Source: a virus
Lineage: Duplodnaviria > Caudoviricetes
Virus record (IMG/VR): IMGVR_UViG_3300032225_001531
Span: 1 to 46,437 of that record
Reading direction: 5' to 3' (one strand)
Length of the DNA: 46,437 nt
Both the position numbers and the translations under genes were made by a program. Below are positions 44,679-46,437 of this stretch, one piece after another. Under the pieces are notes generated by a model. It made no database searches. It worked only from the letters and a program-made list of their open reading frames with translations, and was not told the DNA's origin. The stretch's first letter is position 1. Each line of letters opens with the position of its first letter.

Positions 44679-46437
44679 ATGGCACAATTCCTCAGCGGCA
44701 GAAAAACTAATCTCAATATTGGTGTAACTTCAAGTACTGAAAATATTAATGTTTTGAATGTTACTGGTAATACTAATGTTACTGGAAATACTTCAACCAA
44801 TGATTTAAATGTTTCTGGTATCACGAGCATCAAAGATCTAAATGTTACTGGAATTAGTACCGTTGATAGTTTAAATGTTGCTGGTCTCATAACCACCAGA
44901 AATTTAAATGTTACTGGAATCACTACAACCGATAGTTTAAATGTTGCTGGTCTCATAACCACCAGAAATTTAAATGTTATTGGAATCACTACAACCGATA
45001 GTTTAAATGTTGCTGGTCTCATAACCACCAGAAATTTAAATGTTATTGGAGTTACTACCACTGGCAGTTTAACTGTTGGTGGTGTATCTTCATTATCTTC
45101 AATTTCTGTTGGTGGGACAACGGGAATTAGTCAATATGTTTTAACTTCTACAGGAACTGGACTTATTTGGCAAGCAACAACTTCCCTTACTGGGGTTACT
45201 GGATTTAATGTCGTTGAAGATTTTACTTCTGGATTAAAATATCTGGCAATGCAGACTGGTGCCGGAACAACGCAGACAAATAATATATCTTCAAATCAAT
45301 TAGTATATAATTCTACCACTAAAACTTTAGGTATTGGAACTACAAACGCAACATCTAAACTTACAGTACAAGGTGACGTTAAAGTTTCTGGTGTCGTAAC
45401 AGCGACTACATTTATAGGAAATTTAACTGGATATGCTTCAACAGCAGGTATATCATCTTATGCAACTAGTGCCGGATATGCTAATACTGCTGGTATAACA
45501 ACAAATCTATCTGGTGGTGCTGGTGGATCAATACCTTATCAGATTTCTTCTGGTATCACTACATTTTTAGCAAATGGTAGTTTAGGTAATCTACTACAAT
45601 CAAATGGTGGTACTAATGCTCCTTCTTGGGTTCCTTTGAGTGGATTGACTGCTGGATATGCTGCAACAGCAGGTATAGCAACTTACGCTATCAGTTCAGG
45701 ATATGCTTCAACAGCAGGTATTGCAACTTATGCAACTAGTGCCGGTTATGCTTCAACAGCAGGTATTGCAACTTATGCTACTAATGCTGGAACTTCTACA
45801 TCAGTTATAGGTGGAATTGCTTCTGTAACTCAACTTAATGTTTCTGGTATAACAACACTTCAATCAGTAACTTTAATTGGTGGTGGAACTTCAACAGGAA
45901 CCTCAGGTCAAGTTCTTCAGGTTACTGGTATTAACTCAAGTGTTTATATTGGTGGCAGTGTTGGTATCGGAATTACAAATCCAACATCTACTTTGCAAGT
46001 GGGTACTGCAATTAGTATGTATGGTGCTACTGGATTTGTAAGTGCTACTAGATATTATGGTGATGGTTCTTACTTATCTGGATTAATACCTAATACCGTA
46101 ACAACATCTACTGCATCAACTCCACAATACATTGGTTTCTTAACTACCAGTTCTGGAGTTACCACTTCCATTCTAGCAAGTACTACATTAGTTTATATTC
46201 CTTCAAGTGGAAACCTTGGTATTGGAACTACAACCCCTACATCTAAACTTACAGTACAAGGTGATGTTAAAGTTTCTGGTGTCGTAACAGCAACTACATT
46301 TGTAGGTAATTTGACAGGTTATGCTTCAACAGCAGGCATAGCAACTGTAGCAACAAATCTTAATGCCGGTACAATATATCAAATTCCCTATCAATCAGCA
46401 CCAAATACAACTGCATTCATTAGTACTACTGGTATTA
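44679..46437 (+). CDS. Tail fibre-like protein, 3'-truncated (not in ORF track)
   Basis: ATG 44679 (MAQFLSGRK...); LNVxGxTT repeats, AGIATYA repeats, GIGTTNxTSKLTVQGD x2; I saw no stop in the parts I translated. Confidence 0.8.
   Translation, partial: MAQFLSGRKTNLNIGVTSSTENINVLNVTGNTNVTGNTSTNDLNVSGITSIKDLNVTGISTVDSLNVAGLITTRNLNVTGITTTDSLNVAGLITTRNLNVIGITTTDSLNVAGLITTRNLNVIGVTTTGSLTVGGVSSLSSISVGGTTGISQYVLTSTGTGLIWQATTSLTGVTGFNVVEDFTSGLKYLAMQTGAGTTQTNNISSNQLVYNSTTKTLGIGTTNATSKLTVQGDVKVSGVVTATTFIGNLTGYASTAGISSYATSAGYANTAGITTNLSGGAGGSIPYQISSGITTFLANGSLGNLLQSNGGTNAPSWVPLSGLTAGYAATAGIATYAISSGYASTAGIATYATSAGYASTAGIATYATNAGTSTSVIGGIASVTQLNVSGITTLQSVTLIGGGTSTGTSGQVLQVTGINSSVYIGGSVGIGITNPTSTLQVGTAISMYGATGFVSATRYYGDGSYLSGLIPNTVTTSTASTPQYIGFLTTSSGVTTSILASTTLVYIPSSGNLGIGTTTPTSKLTVQGDVKVSGVVTATTFVGNLTGYASTAGIATVATNLNAGTIYQIPYQSAPNTTAFISTTGI
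44865..45060 (+). repeat. 66-bp coding tandem repeat x3
   Basis: gatagtttaaatgttgctggtctcataaccaccagaaatttaaatgtta... Confidence 0.9.

Noticed and set aside
44660-45061. Minus-strand 133-aa repeat ORF
   Set aside because: Antisense shadow of the repetitive tail-fibre gene on the + strand.

Overview
AT-rich, almost entirely + strand segment of a T4-like cyanophage (myovirus) genome. Evidence: TATAAATA late promoters, sigma70-type early promoters, and psbA, hli and talC. Left to right it holds: (1) two paralogous low-complexity proteins, a GIY-YIG nuclease and three peptidoglycan-hydrolase-type genes; (2) a tRNA region of about 5.6 kb with 27 canonical-looking tRNAs covering all 20 amino acids, an HNH gene and a DUF2828-like (TROVE/Ro60-like, vWA) gene; (3) an SLH/porin-like gene, dps and a manA/wcaG-like RNA; (4) a 12-kb nucleotide-sugar/glycosyltransferase cluster that looks like a GDP-colitose/fucose pathway; (5) hli and small ORFs; (6) psbA split by a group I intron carrying an endonuclease ORF and flanked by two free-standing endonucleases; (7) talC, a metzincin protease and a GC-rich GNAT island; (8) virion/tail genes. 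The most striking observation is a family of nine small structured RNA elements sharing an unpaired CAGCAA motif, clustered around the DUF2828-like gene. Seven are free hairpins, several displaying tRNA-arm mimics (anticodon loops, a T-loop), and one of them abuts the gene's own ribosome-binding site. The other two are circularly permuted copies inserted in the anticodon loop of tRNA scaffolds. I interpret this as a candidate Ro60/Y-RNA-like ribonucleoprotein system. All assignments are by eye; no searches were run.
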